Positions 1 through 8,959 of a stretch of 64,000 nucleotides of DNA are shown piece after piece. The first letter of the stretch is position 1. Each line of letters opens with the position of its first letter. The translations under genes were made by a program, and so were the position numbers. The notes under the pieces were generated by a model, which did no database searches, had not been told where the DNA came from, and worked only from the letters and a program-made list of their open reading frames with translations. Origin of the DNA: an uncultured Gammaproteobacteria bacterium (GTDB lineage: Bacteria; Patescibacteriota; Patescibacteriia; SG8-24); contig CAZBFO010000001.1 in NCBI GenBank assembly GCA_964491475.1, forward strand, positions 189,265 through 253,264, written 5' to 3'.

Positions 1-312
1 CGCGAGGCATTGGCGCGTTCGGTCCGCACCATCGTCGAGAGCATCAAGTCCACGCTGGAGACGACGCCGCCGGAGCTGGTAGCCGACATCTACGAGCGCG
101 GCATCGTGCTGACCGGCGGGGGAGCGCTGCTCAAGGGCCTCGACCAGGTCATTTCGCGCGCGGCGGAAATCCCGGTGCGCGTGGCCGACGACCCTCTCAC
201 CTGCGTGGTCCGCGGCACGGGCATCCTCATCGACAACATGGACCTGCTCAAGACCATCGCGCTGCCGTCGTCGCAGGAGACGACCGTCGAGCGCCGCGCC
301 ATGTTCGCCTAG
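1..312 (+). CDS. mreB: Rod shape-determining protein MreB, C-terminal fragment (N-terminus lies upstream of the window)
   Basis: The translation [14 protein letters not shown]...[17 protein letters not shown] matches the actin-like MreB C-terminus. It is followed by mreC and mreD. Confidence 0.85.
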   Translation, partial: REALARSVRTIVESIKSTLETTPPELVADIYERGIVLTGGGALLKGLDQVISRAAEIPVRVADDPLTCVVRGTGILIDNMDLLKTIALPSSQETTVERRAMFA

Positions 313-427
313 ACGGCGGCATCGGCCCCGGTCAGCGATATGCGGAGGGGAGCGACGGGCGTCTCGACGCCTTCGCTGACCGCTTATCGCTTTTCTTTTT
401 CCCGAAGCCCCCGCCGCACCCAAAGCC

Positions 428-1243
428 ATGCCCACGCGCAACCCCAACCGAACCCGCAACGCCGTCATCGCCATCGTGGCGGTGCTGCTTTTGGCCATGG
501 GCGCCTTCAAGCCCGTGTCCGCGCCGCTCAAGCGCCTGGTCGCCAACGCCGCCGCGCCCGCCTACGCCGCCGGCGCCGGCATCAGCCGCGCCGCCGCCCG
601 CCTGTTCGACAGCAGCGAAAAGGACAAGGCCGCGCTGGAATCGCAGATCGACCAGCTGCGCATCGAGAACGCCAAGCTGCGCGAGCTGGCCGTGGAGAAC
701 GGCGCGCTCAAGACGGCCATCGGCTACAGCGAGAAGTCCGGCCTGAAGCCGCTGACCGCCCGCGTCATTTCCGAATCGGACGAGGACGTCTTTCACGGCC
801 TGGTCATCGACCGCGGCGCCGACGACGGCGTCAAGCCGGACCAGCCGGTGGTCGTCGGCGAAGGCATCGTCATCGGCAAGATCTTCGAGACCAAGGCGGG
901 CACCGCGTCGGTGCTGCTGCTGTCGGACTCGCGCAGCAGGCTGGCCGTGACCGTGCAGAGCAGCAGCGGCACCGCCGGCGTGCTGGAAGGCGACCGCGGC
1001 TTGAGCATGACCATCAACCTGATCCCGCAGACGGTGACGCTCTCGCCGGGCGACACGGTGGTGACTTCCGGCATCGAGGCCGGCATCCGCCGCGGCCTGG
1101 CGGTCGGCGTCATCGACAAGGTGGTCCAGCACACCCAGGACCCCTTCCAGTCGGCCACGGTGCTGCCGTTCGACAGCGCCGCCCATCCGCCGTTCGTGCA
1201 GGTGCTGACGGGCGACGTCGGCGCGGACGGCGAAAAGAAGTAG
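428..1243 (+). CDS. mreC: Rod shape-determining protein MreC
   Basis: N-terminal TM segment, coiled-coil LRIENAKLRELAVENGALK, then a beta-rich C-terminal domain. It is syntenic between mreB and mreD. Confidence 0.8.
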   Translation: MPTRNPNRTRNAVIAIVAVLLLAMGAFKPVSAPLKRLVANAAAPAYAAGAGISRAAARLFDSSEKDKAALESQIDQLRIENAKLRELAVENGALKTAIGYSEKSGLKPLTARVISESDEDVFHGLVIDRGADDGVKPDQPVVVGEGIVIGKIFETKAGTASVLLLSDSRSRLAVTVQSSSGTAGVLEGDRGLSMTINLIPQTVTLSPGDTVVTSGIEAGIRRGLAVGVIDKVVQHTQDPFQSATVLPFDSAAHPPFVQVLTGDVGADGEKK

Positions 1244-1246
1244 CCT

Positions 1247-1774
1247 ATGCTCCGCGCACTCTTGCTGTTCATGGCGGCCGCGCTCGCGGGCATCGCGCAG
1301 GCAAGCTTCGTCCGGGCGCTGCCCGCGCCGTACTCGTCGCTGCAGCTGCCGCTCATCCTGATCGTCGGCCTGGTGACGGTCTTCCGCGCCCGCGAGGCTT
1401 TCGCCGCCGCGTTCATCGCCGGCCTGACGCTCGACGCGCTTTCCTCGCTGCCGACGGGCACGGAGACGGCGGTGCTGCTGGCGGTGACCGTCTGCACGGT
1501 ATTGCTGTTCAACCGCATCTTCACCCACCATTCCTGGGTGGGCACCGTCGGCCTGAACGCCGCCATCTTCTCGCTGCAGCACCTGGCCTACGTCATCGTC
1601 GACCTGCTGCGCTCGGTGTTCACGGGCATCCCGTACTCGCTGCTGCCGACCGCCGCTTCCTTCTGGGCATTCCTGTCCGCGCTCGGCACGCAGACGGCAT
1701 TCGTGCTCCTGCTGCTGGCCGTGAACGGCGGCATCCGCCGCGCCTTCGTCAAACGTTTCGTCCTTCTCCGCTAA
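1247..1774 (+). CDS. mreD: Rod shape-determining protein MreD (polytopic membrane protein)
   Basis: 175 aa, about five hydrophobic helices, and positioned immediately after mreC. Confidence 0.6.
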   Translation: MLRALLLFMAAALAGIAQASFVRALPAPYSSLQLPLILIVGLVTVFRAREAFAAAFIAGLTLDALSSLPTGTETAVLLAVTVCTVLLFNRIFTHHSWVGTVGLNAAIFSLQHLAYVIVDLLRSVFTGIPYSLLPTAASFWAFLSALGTQTAFVLLLLAVNGGIRRAFVKRFVLLR

Positions 1775-1787
1775 CGCCCCGCGCCGC

Positions 1788-3908
1788 ATGGCCAAGCACC
1801 TCTTCGACGGTTCAGACCCTTTCCCGATTCTCGACGGCGAGAACGGATTTGGCGTCGTCCGCGGCAAGGGTTCCAAGATGATGGTCGACGAGGCCATCAT
1901 GGGCAGCGAGGGCGTGGCGCCGGACGTGGCCAACCAGCCGGCCTACGTCGGCCTGGCCATCGGCGAAAAGAAGCTGCGTGCCGCCTTCGGCGCGCTGCTG
2001 CTGATGCTCGGCGTCGTGGTGGCGCGGGCCGCCTACGTGCAGGTAGTCCAGGGCGCCGACTACCAGCGCCGTGCCGAAGGCAACCGCAGCCGCATCGTGG
2101 CCGTGCCCGTGGAGCGCGGCGTCATGTACGACCGCACCGGCACGCCGCTGGTGCGCAACGTGCCCGACTTCTCGGTCTCCATCGTCCCGACCGACCTCCC
2201 CAAGGATCCCGACCGGCGCCGCGAGTCCATCGGCCGGCTGGCGCTGCTGCTCGACGTCGCCCCCACCGACATCGAGGACAAGCTCAACGAGTTCCGCGAC
2301 TACGCCAGCTCCGGCGTCATCGTGGCCGACAACCTCACCCACGACCAGGCCGTGAAGGTGAGCATCGAGGAGATGCGCACCAGCGGCGTCTCGCTGGTGA
2401 CCGGCACGCGCCGCGAGTACCTGATGACCGACGCGATTCCCGCGCTCTCCCACGTGCTCGGCTACGAAGGCCGCCTCACCCAGAAGGAAATGGAATCCGA
2501 CCGCGGCTTCAGCTACGAGCCCTCCGACTTCATCGGCAAGGCCGGCTTGGAGAAGTCGTACGAGACGGTGCTGCGGGGACGGAGCGGGGAGCAGCGCATC
2601 GAAGTCGACGCCACCGGACGGCAGAAGACGGTCATCTCCGAAGATCCCGGCCAACCGGGCAAGAACCTGGTGCTGACCATCGATGCCGACCTGCAGAAGA
2701 CCGCCGAGAAGGCGCTCCGCGAACAGCTGAAGATCGCCCACAAGTCGCGCGGCACGGTCATCGTGCTGAACCCCAACAACGGCGACGTGCTGGCAATGGT
2801 CAGCGAGCCCGCCTACGACGCAAACAAGTTCGCGCAAGGCATCTCCAAGGACGACTACTCGGCGCTCATCAACGATCCCGACAACCCGCTGTTCTCGCGC
2901 GCCATCTCGGCCAACGTGGCTTCGGGCTCGGTGTTCAAGCCGGTGGTCGGCGCCGCCGCCATGGCCGAGCACACCATCAACGAGAACACTTCGGTGCTGT
3001 CCACGGGAGGCATCCACGTCGGCCAGGCGTTCTTCCCCGACTGGAAGGCCGGCGGCCACGGCGTCACCAACCTGGCCAAAGGCATCGCCGAGTCGGTCAA
3101 CACCTTCTTCTATTCCATCGGCGGCGGCACCGACAGCATCACCGGCCTCGGCGTGGAGCGGATAGTGAATTATGCAAAAAAGTTCGGCTACGGTTCGCCG
3201 CTGGGCATCGACCTGCCCAACGAAGGCGCCGGCTTCCTGCCGTCCAAGGAGTGGAAACAGAAGGTCAAAGGCGAGCGCTGGTACATCGGCGACACCTATC
3301 ACGTGGCCATCGGCCAAGGCGACGTCATCGTGACGCCGCTGCAGGTGGCGATGATGACCACGGTGTTCGCCAACCACGGCACGCTTTACAAGCCGCGCGT
3401 GGTGCAGGCCATGACCGCCAGCGACGGCACGCGCGTCGAAAGGGAACCCGAAGTCATCACCCAGCAAGTGACCGACAAGTTCGCCATCGATGCCGTGCGC
3501 CGCGGCATGCGTCAGACGGTGACCGCAGGCAGCGCCAGGTCTTTGAATGCGCTGCCAGTGCAGGTGGCCGGCAAGACCGGTACCGCCCAGTGGAACTCCA
3601 AAAAGGACAACCACGCCTGGTTCACCTCGTTCGCGCCGTACGACAAGCCGCAGATCACCGTGACCGTCCTGATGGAGGAGGGCATCGAAGGCTCCGTGAA
3701 CGCCTCGCCCGTGGCCCGGCAGATTTACCAGTGGTACTTTGGCGGCCGAAAAGATGCCGGAGCCATGCCGCCGGTGGTGAAGCCGAGCGCCGCGCCGGTC
3801 ACGCCTCCCGCACCAGCCCCGATCGCACCCGTGACGCCCCCTGCGGGCTCAACCAGCCCGATAGCGCCCAATTCTGCGGTAATTGAGCCCAAACCGGCTG
3901 GGGGATAG
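1788..3908 (+). CDS. mrdA: Penicillin-binding protein 2 (peptidoglycan D,D-transpeptidase) with a Pro/Ala-rich C-terminal tail
   Basis: TM anchor, PBP dimerisation region and transpeptidase motifs (SGSVFKP = SxxK; KTGTAQ = KTG). The gene follows mreD. Confidence 0.85.
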   Translation: MAKHLFDGSDPFPILDGENGFGVVRGKGSKMMVDEAIMGSEGVAPDVANQPAYVGLAIGEKKLRAAFGALLLMLGVVVARAAYVQVVQGADYQRRAEGNRSRIVAVPVERGVMYDRTGTPLVRNVPDFSVSIVPTDLPKDPDRRRESIGRLALLLDVAPTDIEDKLNEFRDYASSGVIVADNLTHDQAVKVSIEEMRTSGVSLVTGTRREYLMTDAIPALSHVLGYEGRLTQKEMESDRGFSYEPSDFIGKAGLEKSYETVLRGRSGEQRIEVDATGRQKTVISEDPGQPGKNLVLTIDADLQKTAEKALREQLKIAHKSRGTVIVLNPNNGDVLAMVSEPAYDANKFAQGISKDDYSALINDPDNPLFSRAISANVASGSVFKPVVGAAAMAEHTINENTSVLSTGGIHVGQAFFPDWKAGGHGVTNLAKGIAESVNTFFYSIGGGTDSITGLGVERIVNYAKKFGYGSPLGIDLPNEGAGFLPSKEWKQKVKGERWYIGDTYHVAIGQGDVIVTPLQVAMMTTVFANHGTLYKPRVVQAMTASDGTRVEREPEVITQQVTDKFAIDAVRRGMRQTVTAGSARSLNALPVQVAGKTGTAQWNSKKDNHAWFTSFAPYDKPQITVTVLMEEGIEGSVNASPVARQIYQWYFGGRKDAGAMPPVVKPSAAPVTPPAPAPIAPVTPPAGSTSPIAPNSAVIEPKPAGG

Positions 3909-4000
3909 ACACCTTCGGAGTCTATCCCCGACGCAGCTTGCCCCAACCGAAAACCACTGATACCCTGAGAAAATCGCAGCATAGACCGCATTTCCCACGT

Positions 4001-4468
4001 ATGGACGCCCTGACCCCCATCTACGTCTCCAAAGACGGCCTCGAAAAAATGAAGGAAGAGCTGCATCACCTCAAGACGGTCAAACGTCGGGAGGTTGCGG
4101 CCCGGATTGAGGCTGCCAAGGAACTGGGCGACCTCAAGGAGAACGCCGACTATCACGACGCCAAGGACGAGTCCGGCTGGACCGAGGCCCGCATCCGCGA
4201 GCTGGAAGACGCCGTGAACCGCGCCACGGTCATCGAAGCCCGCGACTCCGACAACGTCGGCATCGGCTGCAAGGTCAAGGTGGAGAGCGACGGCAAGGAG
4301 AAGCTGTTCACCATCGTCGGCTCGCACGAGGCCAACCCGATGCAGGGCCTGATCTCCAACGACTCGCCGCTGGGCCAAGCCTTCCTGGGCAAACGGGTGG
4401 GGGAGACCGCCGAGGTAAAGACCCCCGCCGGCTCCAAGACCTACACGATTAAAGAAATCAGCTGCTGA
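4001..4468 (+). CDS. greA: Transcription elongation factor GreA
   Basis: LKENADYHDAKDE plus a C-terminal FKBP-like domain. The start is chosen at the internal Met (MDALTPIY) of the longer ORF 3938..4468. Confidence 0.85.
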   Translation: MDALTPIYVSKDGLEKMKEELHHLKTVKRREVAARIEAAKELGDLKENADYHDAKDESGWTEARIRELEDAVNRATVIEARDSDNVGIGCKVKVESDGKEKLFTIVGSHEANPMQGLISNDSPLGQAFLGKRVGETAEVKTPAGSKTYTIKEISC

Positions 4469-4480
4469 TTCCCGGTCGCT

Positions 4481-5977
4481 ATGGAAAACCACGAAGAAAA
4501 AGAACCGAATCCGCTGGAGGAACGCTCCGCACGACTCGGCAAATTGCAGGCCGCAGTCGCCATGGGCATCCAGCCGTACCCCTCACGCTGCGAGCGCACC
4601 CACACCATCCAGGAAGTGCAGCACGGTTTTGATACTCTCGCAGGGGAGTCCACCGAAGTGACGGTGACCGGCCGCCTCAAAGCCGTCCGCGGCCACGGGG
4701 GAGCCTGCTTTGCCGACCTCGAGGACGGCACCCAGAAGATCCAGTTGCACCTCAAGAGCGACGTCCTCGGCGCCACGTCCTTCGAGACCTTCGAGAAGCT
4801 GGTGGACCGCGGCGACTTCATCCAGGTGAGCGGCACCTGCTTCGTGACCAAGCGCGGCGAGCGCAGCATCGAGGCCAAGCGCTGGACCTTGCTCACCAAG
4901 TCCCTGGCCCCGCTGCCCGACAAGTGGCACGGCCTGACCGACACCGAAGCCCGCTACCGCCGCCGCGAGCTCGATTTGATTTCCAACCCCGAAGTGCGTT
5001 TGCTGTTCAAGAAGCGCTCGCTGTTGGTGAGCGAACTGCGCCACTTTATGGAAGAGGAAGGCTTCATGGAAGTGGAGACTCCCGTGCTGCAGGGCATCGC
5101 CGGCGGCGCCACCGCCCGCCCGTTCATCACCCACCACAACGCCCTGGGCATCGATATGTACCTGCGCATCGCCACCGAGCTGCACCTCAAGCGCCTGGTG
5201 GTCGGCGGCTTTGAGCGCGTCTACGAGATCGGCCGCATCTTCCGCAACGAGGGCATCGACCATCTCCACAACCCCGAGTTCACCACCATCGAGTTCTACC
5301 AGGCCTACGCCGACTACAACGACCTCATGTCCATGACCGAGCGCATGCTGGCGCGCCTGGTCGAGCGCGTCTGCGGCACGCTGATCGTGGAGCACGACGG
5401 CGCCAAGATCGACTTTGCAGGCACCTACCCGCGCCTGACCTTCCGCGACGCCATCAAGCAGTACGCCGACATCGACATCGAGAACTTCCCCACGCGCCAC
5501 GAACTGGCCGCCGCCGCCGAAGCCAAGGGAGTCAAGGTGGAACCCAAGGACGACCGCGGGGCGATTTTGGACAACCTCTACAAGAGGACAGTCCGCGGCA
5601 GCATCGTCGACCCCACCTTCATCATCGACCACCCCACGGAGATTTTGCCGCTGGCCAAGCGCCGAGCGGACAATCCGAACTACGTGGAGAGCTTTCAGTT
5701 GGTTTTGGGGCGTGGTGTGGAGTTGATAAAAGCCTTTTCCGAGCTTAATGATCCGCTGGATCAGCGGGCGCGCTTTGAGGAGCAGGAGAAGTTACGGGCT
5801 GGGGGAGATGATGAGGCTCAGCCAATGGATGAGGAGTTCATCGCGGCTCTTGAGGCCGGCATGCCGCCGACGGCGGGGTTTGGGATGGGGATTGATCGGT
5901 TGGCGGCGCTTTTGACGGGATCGCATTCTTTGAAAGAAGTGATCTTGTTTCCGACTTTACGGCCGGAGGAGAAATAA
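4481..5977 (+). CDS. lysS: Lysyl-tRNA synthetase (class II)
   Basis: N-terminal OB fold followed by class II motifs ([26 protein letters not shown]; GMGIDRL). Confidence 0.9.
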   Translation: MENHEEKEPNPLEERSARLGKLQAAVAMGIQPYPSRCERTHTIQEVQHGFDTLAGESTEVTVTGRLKAVRGHGGACFADLEDGTQKIQLHLKSDVLGATSFETFEKLVDRGDFIQVSGTCFVTKRGERSIEAKRWTLLTKSLAPLPDKWHGLTDTEARYRRRELDLISNPEVRLLFKKRSLLVSELRHFMEEEGFMEVETPVLQGIAGGATARPFITHHNALGIDMYLRIATELHLKRLVVGGFERVYEIGRIFRNEGIDHLHNPEFTTIEFYQAYADYNDLMSMTERMLARLVERVCGTLIVEHDGAKIDFAGTYPRLTFRDAIKQYADIDIENFPTRHELAAAAEAKGVKVEPKDDRGAILDNLYKRTVRGSIVDPTFIIDHPTEILPLAKRRADNPNYVESFQLVLGRGVELIKAFSELNDPLDQRARFEEQEKLRAGGDDEAQPMDEEFIAALEAGMPPTAGFGMGIDRLAALLTGSHSLKEVILFPTLRPEEK

Positions 5978-5985
5978 ACATTGCT

Positions 5986-7104
5986 ATGAATTACTACGTC
6001 AACCTATTCTCACCGGAAACCGCGGAAATTTTTTCGCGTTCCGGTAAGAACATAAGCGGCTTCCGTCTGACAAAAAAAACTTACGTTGAGAACAGAAAAA
6101 TCGGTCCGGGGGACCGATTCATTTGTTATGTAACACGCATTCAACGCTTTATTGGCGTTTTAGAAGTTGTCAGCGACCCGTTCGTTGATAGCTCTCCAAT
6201 TTTTGACAAAGAAAATGACCCATTTGTCCTCCGCTTTAAGGTAAAGCCGATGGTATGGCTTCCGCTCGAAAAAGCACTGCCAATTCATGACAAAGCCATT
6301 TGGAACAACCTGTCTTTTACCAAAGGACTTGGGGATGATAGCAATAATTGGACTTACATGGTTTTTTCAAGTCCAAATCATTGGCCGACTGGAGATTGTG
6401 TTTTTCTTGAAAAGAAACTGCTTGGCCAAGCAGAGGACCAAGTTGATTTTCCGTTTAGCGAAGATGACCAGAAGAAACTTAAACCCCAAAAAATTAAGCT
6501 TCCTGGGAAGAAAGCTGTAGCCGTAACGATTCCGGAAGATGAGGAGGTCCCAGATACAGCAGAACAAACTACACCAAAAGACAGTGAACGCGAGTCACTT
6601 ATTGTCCAATCTAAGTTAGCCGAGGTTGGCGAAAAGCTCGGCTTTAAAATTTGGCTACCACGAAACGACAGGGCAGCCATCATCGGAATGTGGAAACCGC
6701 GGCCAGATTCTCTACTTGAAGAGCTGCCGTTTTCTTTTGACGACGCAACCACTCGAACCATAAAAAATATCGATGTACTATGGGTTAAAGGTCGTACAAT
6801 TGCTAGGGCTTTTGAGGTGGAGGGCACCACATCAATATATTCTGGTATTTTGAGGATGGCCGACCTCCTATCACTCGTACCGAACATTGAAATCAAGATC
6901 CACATCGTTGCGCCAGACGGGAGGCGCGAGGAAGTGTTTAAACAAATATCTCGCCCAGTTTTTGCGATAATGGAAAAAGCACCTCTGGCAGAGCTCTGTA
7001 CCTTTATCTCCTATAGTTCGGTATACGAACTGGCCTCTGAGAAAAGATTAGATTTAATGAAAGAATCCGTAGTCGATGAATACGAGGAAGCCTCCGAAGA
7101 GTAG
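5986..7104 (+). CDS. Hypothetical protein with an N-terminal PUA/EVE-like domain and a C-terminal putative nuclease-like domain; candidate modification-dependent (Type IV) restriction enzyme
   Basis: GC drops abruptly at the lysS stop. The N-terminus (MNYYVNLFSPETAEIF...GPGDRFICYVT...FIGVLEVVSDPF) resembles EVE/PUA-like folds. The C-terminus (IDVLWVKG...AFEVEGTT) shows a possible D...ExE/K nuclease-like strand pair. A Type II R-M lies adjacent. Confidence 0.4.
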   Translation: MNYYVNLFSPETAEIFSRSGKNISGFRLTKKTYVENRKIGPGDRFICYVTRIQRFIGVLEVVSDPFVDSSPIFDKENDPFVLRFKVKPMVWLPLEKALPIHDKAIWNNLSFTKGLGDDSNNWTYMVFSSPNHWPTGDCVFLEKKLLGQAEDQVDFPFSEDDQKKLKPQKIKLPGKKAVAVTIPEDEEVPDTAEQTTPKDSERESLIVQSKLAEVGEKLGFKIWLPRNDRAAIIGMWKPRPDSLLEELPFSFDDATTRTIKNIDVLWVKGRTIARAFEVEGTTSIYSGILRMADLLSLVPNIEIKIHIVAPDGRREEVFKQISRPVFAIMEKAPLAELCTFISYSSVYELASEKRLDLMKESVVDEYEEASEE

Positions 7105-7573
7105 TTATATAACTCTTGTGCGCGACAAACAAAAAGATCACACGGTACTCGTCTTCGGCACATTCGACCTGCTTCACCCAGGCCATCTTGCGTTTCTACG
7201 TGCGGCAGCAAAGTACGGCTCAGTGACGGCCATCATAACGCCCGATGCGAAAGTCAAAATAGAGAAAGGGAAAGCACCACACTTTTCTGAACAAGAGAGG
7301 ATGCTTATGGCCGCGGCCATTAAGTATGTCGACCATGTCGTTCTGGGAGACAATGGTACAAAATGGAATGTAGTACGCAATCTGGCGCCTGACGTTATTT
7401 GCGTTGGCCATGACCAGAACGCCAATCACCCAAAGTTCCTCGCGCAGTTGGCGCTGCTAAAAAAGCTTCCGAAAATTGTTCGGCTGCCCAGCCTTAAATC
7501 TTCGCGCTACTCATCCTCAAAAGTTAAGCTTGAAATACACAAAGCCAAACAAAACGAAGCAGCCGCTGATTAG
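7076..7573 (+). CDS. Cytidylyltransferase-like nucleotidyltransferase (RibL FAD synthase / TagD glycerol-3-phosphate cytidylyltransferase family)
   Basis: VLVFGTFDLLHPGHLAFL is the (H/T)xGH nucleotidyltransferase motif. ...VVLGDNG... and PDVICVGHDQ align with archaeal RibL. The gene is low GC and overlaps the upstream ORF by 29 nt, so the true start may be an internal or alternative codon. Confidence 0.55.
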   Translation: MNTRKPPKSSYITLVRDKQKDHTVLVFGTFDLLHPGHLAFLRAAAKYGSVTAIITPDAKVKIEKGKAPHFSEQERMLMAAAIKYVDHVVLGDNGTKWNVVRNLAPDVICVGHDQNANHPKFLAQLALLKKLPKIVRLPSLKSSRYSSSKVKLEIHKAKQNEAAAD

Positions 7574-7659
7574 TGCTCAGCTCCGAATCCATCGCAATGT
7601 GCTGAAACAGCCCATAACTTAATCAAAAACCGTCGCTTTTATGATGGTTTTGTTGCCGT

Positions 7660-7694
7660 TTGACATTGACGCGACAGCTAATTTTTGCTAATAC
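7660..7694 (+). promoter_or_regulatory. Putative sigma70-type promoter for the PLD endonuclease gene (TTGACA/TTGACG - 17 nt - TAATAC)
   Basis: Sequence tttgacattgacgcgacagctaatttttgctaatact lies about 70 nt upstream of the Met at 7766. Confidence 0.4.
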
Positions 7695-7765
7695 TTTGTA
7701 AGGCGCGCCCGTTGCATGCCCGCCGTGACGGACATCGTAAATCACAACGACAACACCTTCTCACA

Positions 7766-8959
7766 ATGCCTACACAAAAATTCATTTTCCAGGGCATTAC
7801 TTCGGAAACACACAAATCTGGTGTTGCATGGCTTTTGGCAACTGCAGATATCCAAAAAATCTTAATGAGCGTGGCCTTCATCAGCGAAGAAGGTGTGGCA
7901 CAGATTGAAAATGATTTGCGAAGCCACGCGACAAGTACCGAGTTTTTTGCAGGGATCCGTAATGAGATAACTTCTCGTCAAGCACTCGCCCGTCTCATTG
8001 GTTTAGGCGCGACTTTGTTTACGGTTGATACCGGTTCAAAGGGCACGCTTTTCCATCCAAAGTTATACTTTGCCAAAGGGCAAAATTTTGCGCGTCTCAT
8101 AGTGGGTAGCGCAAACCTGACTGCTGGTGGCCTCAACGATAATATTGAAGCCAGTATCGCCCTCGAGCTCGATCTTGCTCAAGCCAATGATTCTGCGCTC
8201 AGCGACGATGTCGAGCGGCTGTTGGGTGACATGGTATCCAATCATCCCAGTAACGTAAAAAGAATTTCTGCCGCCACCGAGCTTGATGTGCTACTGAACA
8301 ATGGCTTATTAATTGACGAAAGCCTCGCCGCGCCCCCTCGCGCGGCGACTAAAGGATCTAGCCCGTCGAGCGATATTGTTCCCCGGATTCAGCTGAGCAC
8401 CACCCGGCTGAACCGCATCGTCGCACGCGCACGCACCACTCCTCGACAGGTTCCCCAAGCCGCCAGGGCGGGCCGCTCAACCCAAGCCTCGCCACAAGCA
8501 TCTCCAGCTCCTTTGCTGACCGGGATTGAATTGGTATGGCAAAGCAAACCCCTGGAGGAAAGTGACCTAAACATCCCGAGCGGCAACAACACCCACCCCA
8601 AGGGCTCCATGAGCCTCGATCAGGGTACCCTAGACCCCTCGGTTGATTTCCGTCATTACTTCCGAAATACCGTTTTTCCGCAATTAACTTGGACGGTGAG
8701 TACACGCACCCCTGACGGAGAAGAGGCCAGCGCAAAGTGTGAGCTAATTGTAAAAGGGATTTCCTACGGAGTACATGAATTGACTATCAGTCACCACACA
8801 TCAACGACATCGACCACCTACAGGCAGCGAGGCCCGACGACCCGTCTTCGATGGGGCGCCATGAAAAGTCTTGTAGCCACTCCCGTTTTGCTTGGCCGAA
8901 CACTTTCACTTTACAAGAATACCGCAAGTTCAGACCGCTTTGTTATTGATATTGACTGA
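7766..8959 (+). CDS. PLD-family (HKD nuclease) restriction endonuclease, BfiI/NgoAVII-like
   Basis: HPKLYFAKGQNFARLIVGSANLTAGG carries the HxK...GSxN PLD motif. It is followed by a C-terminal domain of DNA-binding size. Its 3' end overlaps a convergent N6A MTase. The start is taken at the internal Met (MPTQKF) because the longer ORF begins inside the promoter. Confidence 0.6.
   Translation: MPTQKFIFQGITSETHKSGVAWLLATADIQKILMSVAFISEEGVAQIENDLRSHATSTEFFAGIRNEITSRQALARLIGLGATLFTVDTGSKGTLFHPKLYFAKGQNFARLIVGSANLTAGGLNDNIEASIALELDLAQANDSALSDDVERLLGDMVSNHPSNVKRISAATELDVLLNNGLLIDESLAAPPRAATKGSSPSSDIVPRIQLSTTRLNRIVARARTTPRQVPQAARAGRSTQASPQASPAPLLTGIELVWQSKPLEESDLNIPSGNNTHPKGSMSLDQGTLDPSVDFRHYFRNTVFPQLTWTVSTRTPDGEEASAKCELIVKGISYGVHELTISHHTSTTSTTYRQRGPTTRLRWGAMKSLVATPVLLGRTLSLYKNTASSDRFVIDID

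Noticed and set aside
332-1933. Very long ORFs on the opposite strand or in alternate frames overlapping mreC/mreD. The same pattern holds for 340..1881, 1812..3614, 4583..5632, 10878..12623, 15693..17087, 19067..20068, 20265..21551, 22743..24464, 26617..28533, 27308..29488, 38427..39857, 42935..44320, 47463..48404 and others.
   Set aside because: Their translations are Arg/Ala/Gly/Pro-rich low-complexity strings typical of stop-codon-poor high-GC DNA. Each overlaps a gene with clear conserved motifs on the other strand or frame.
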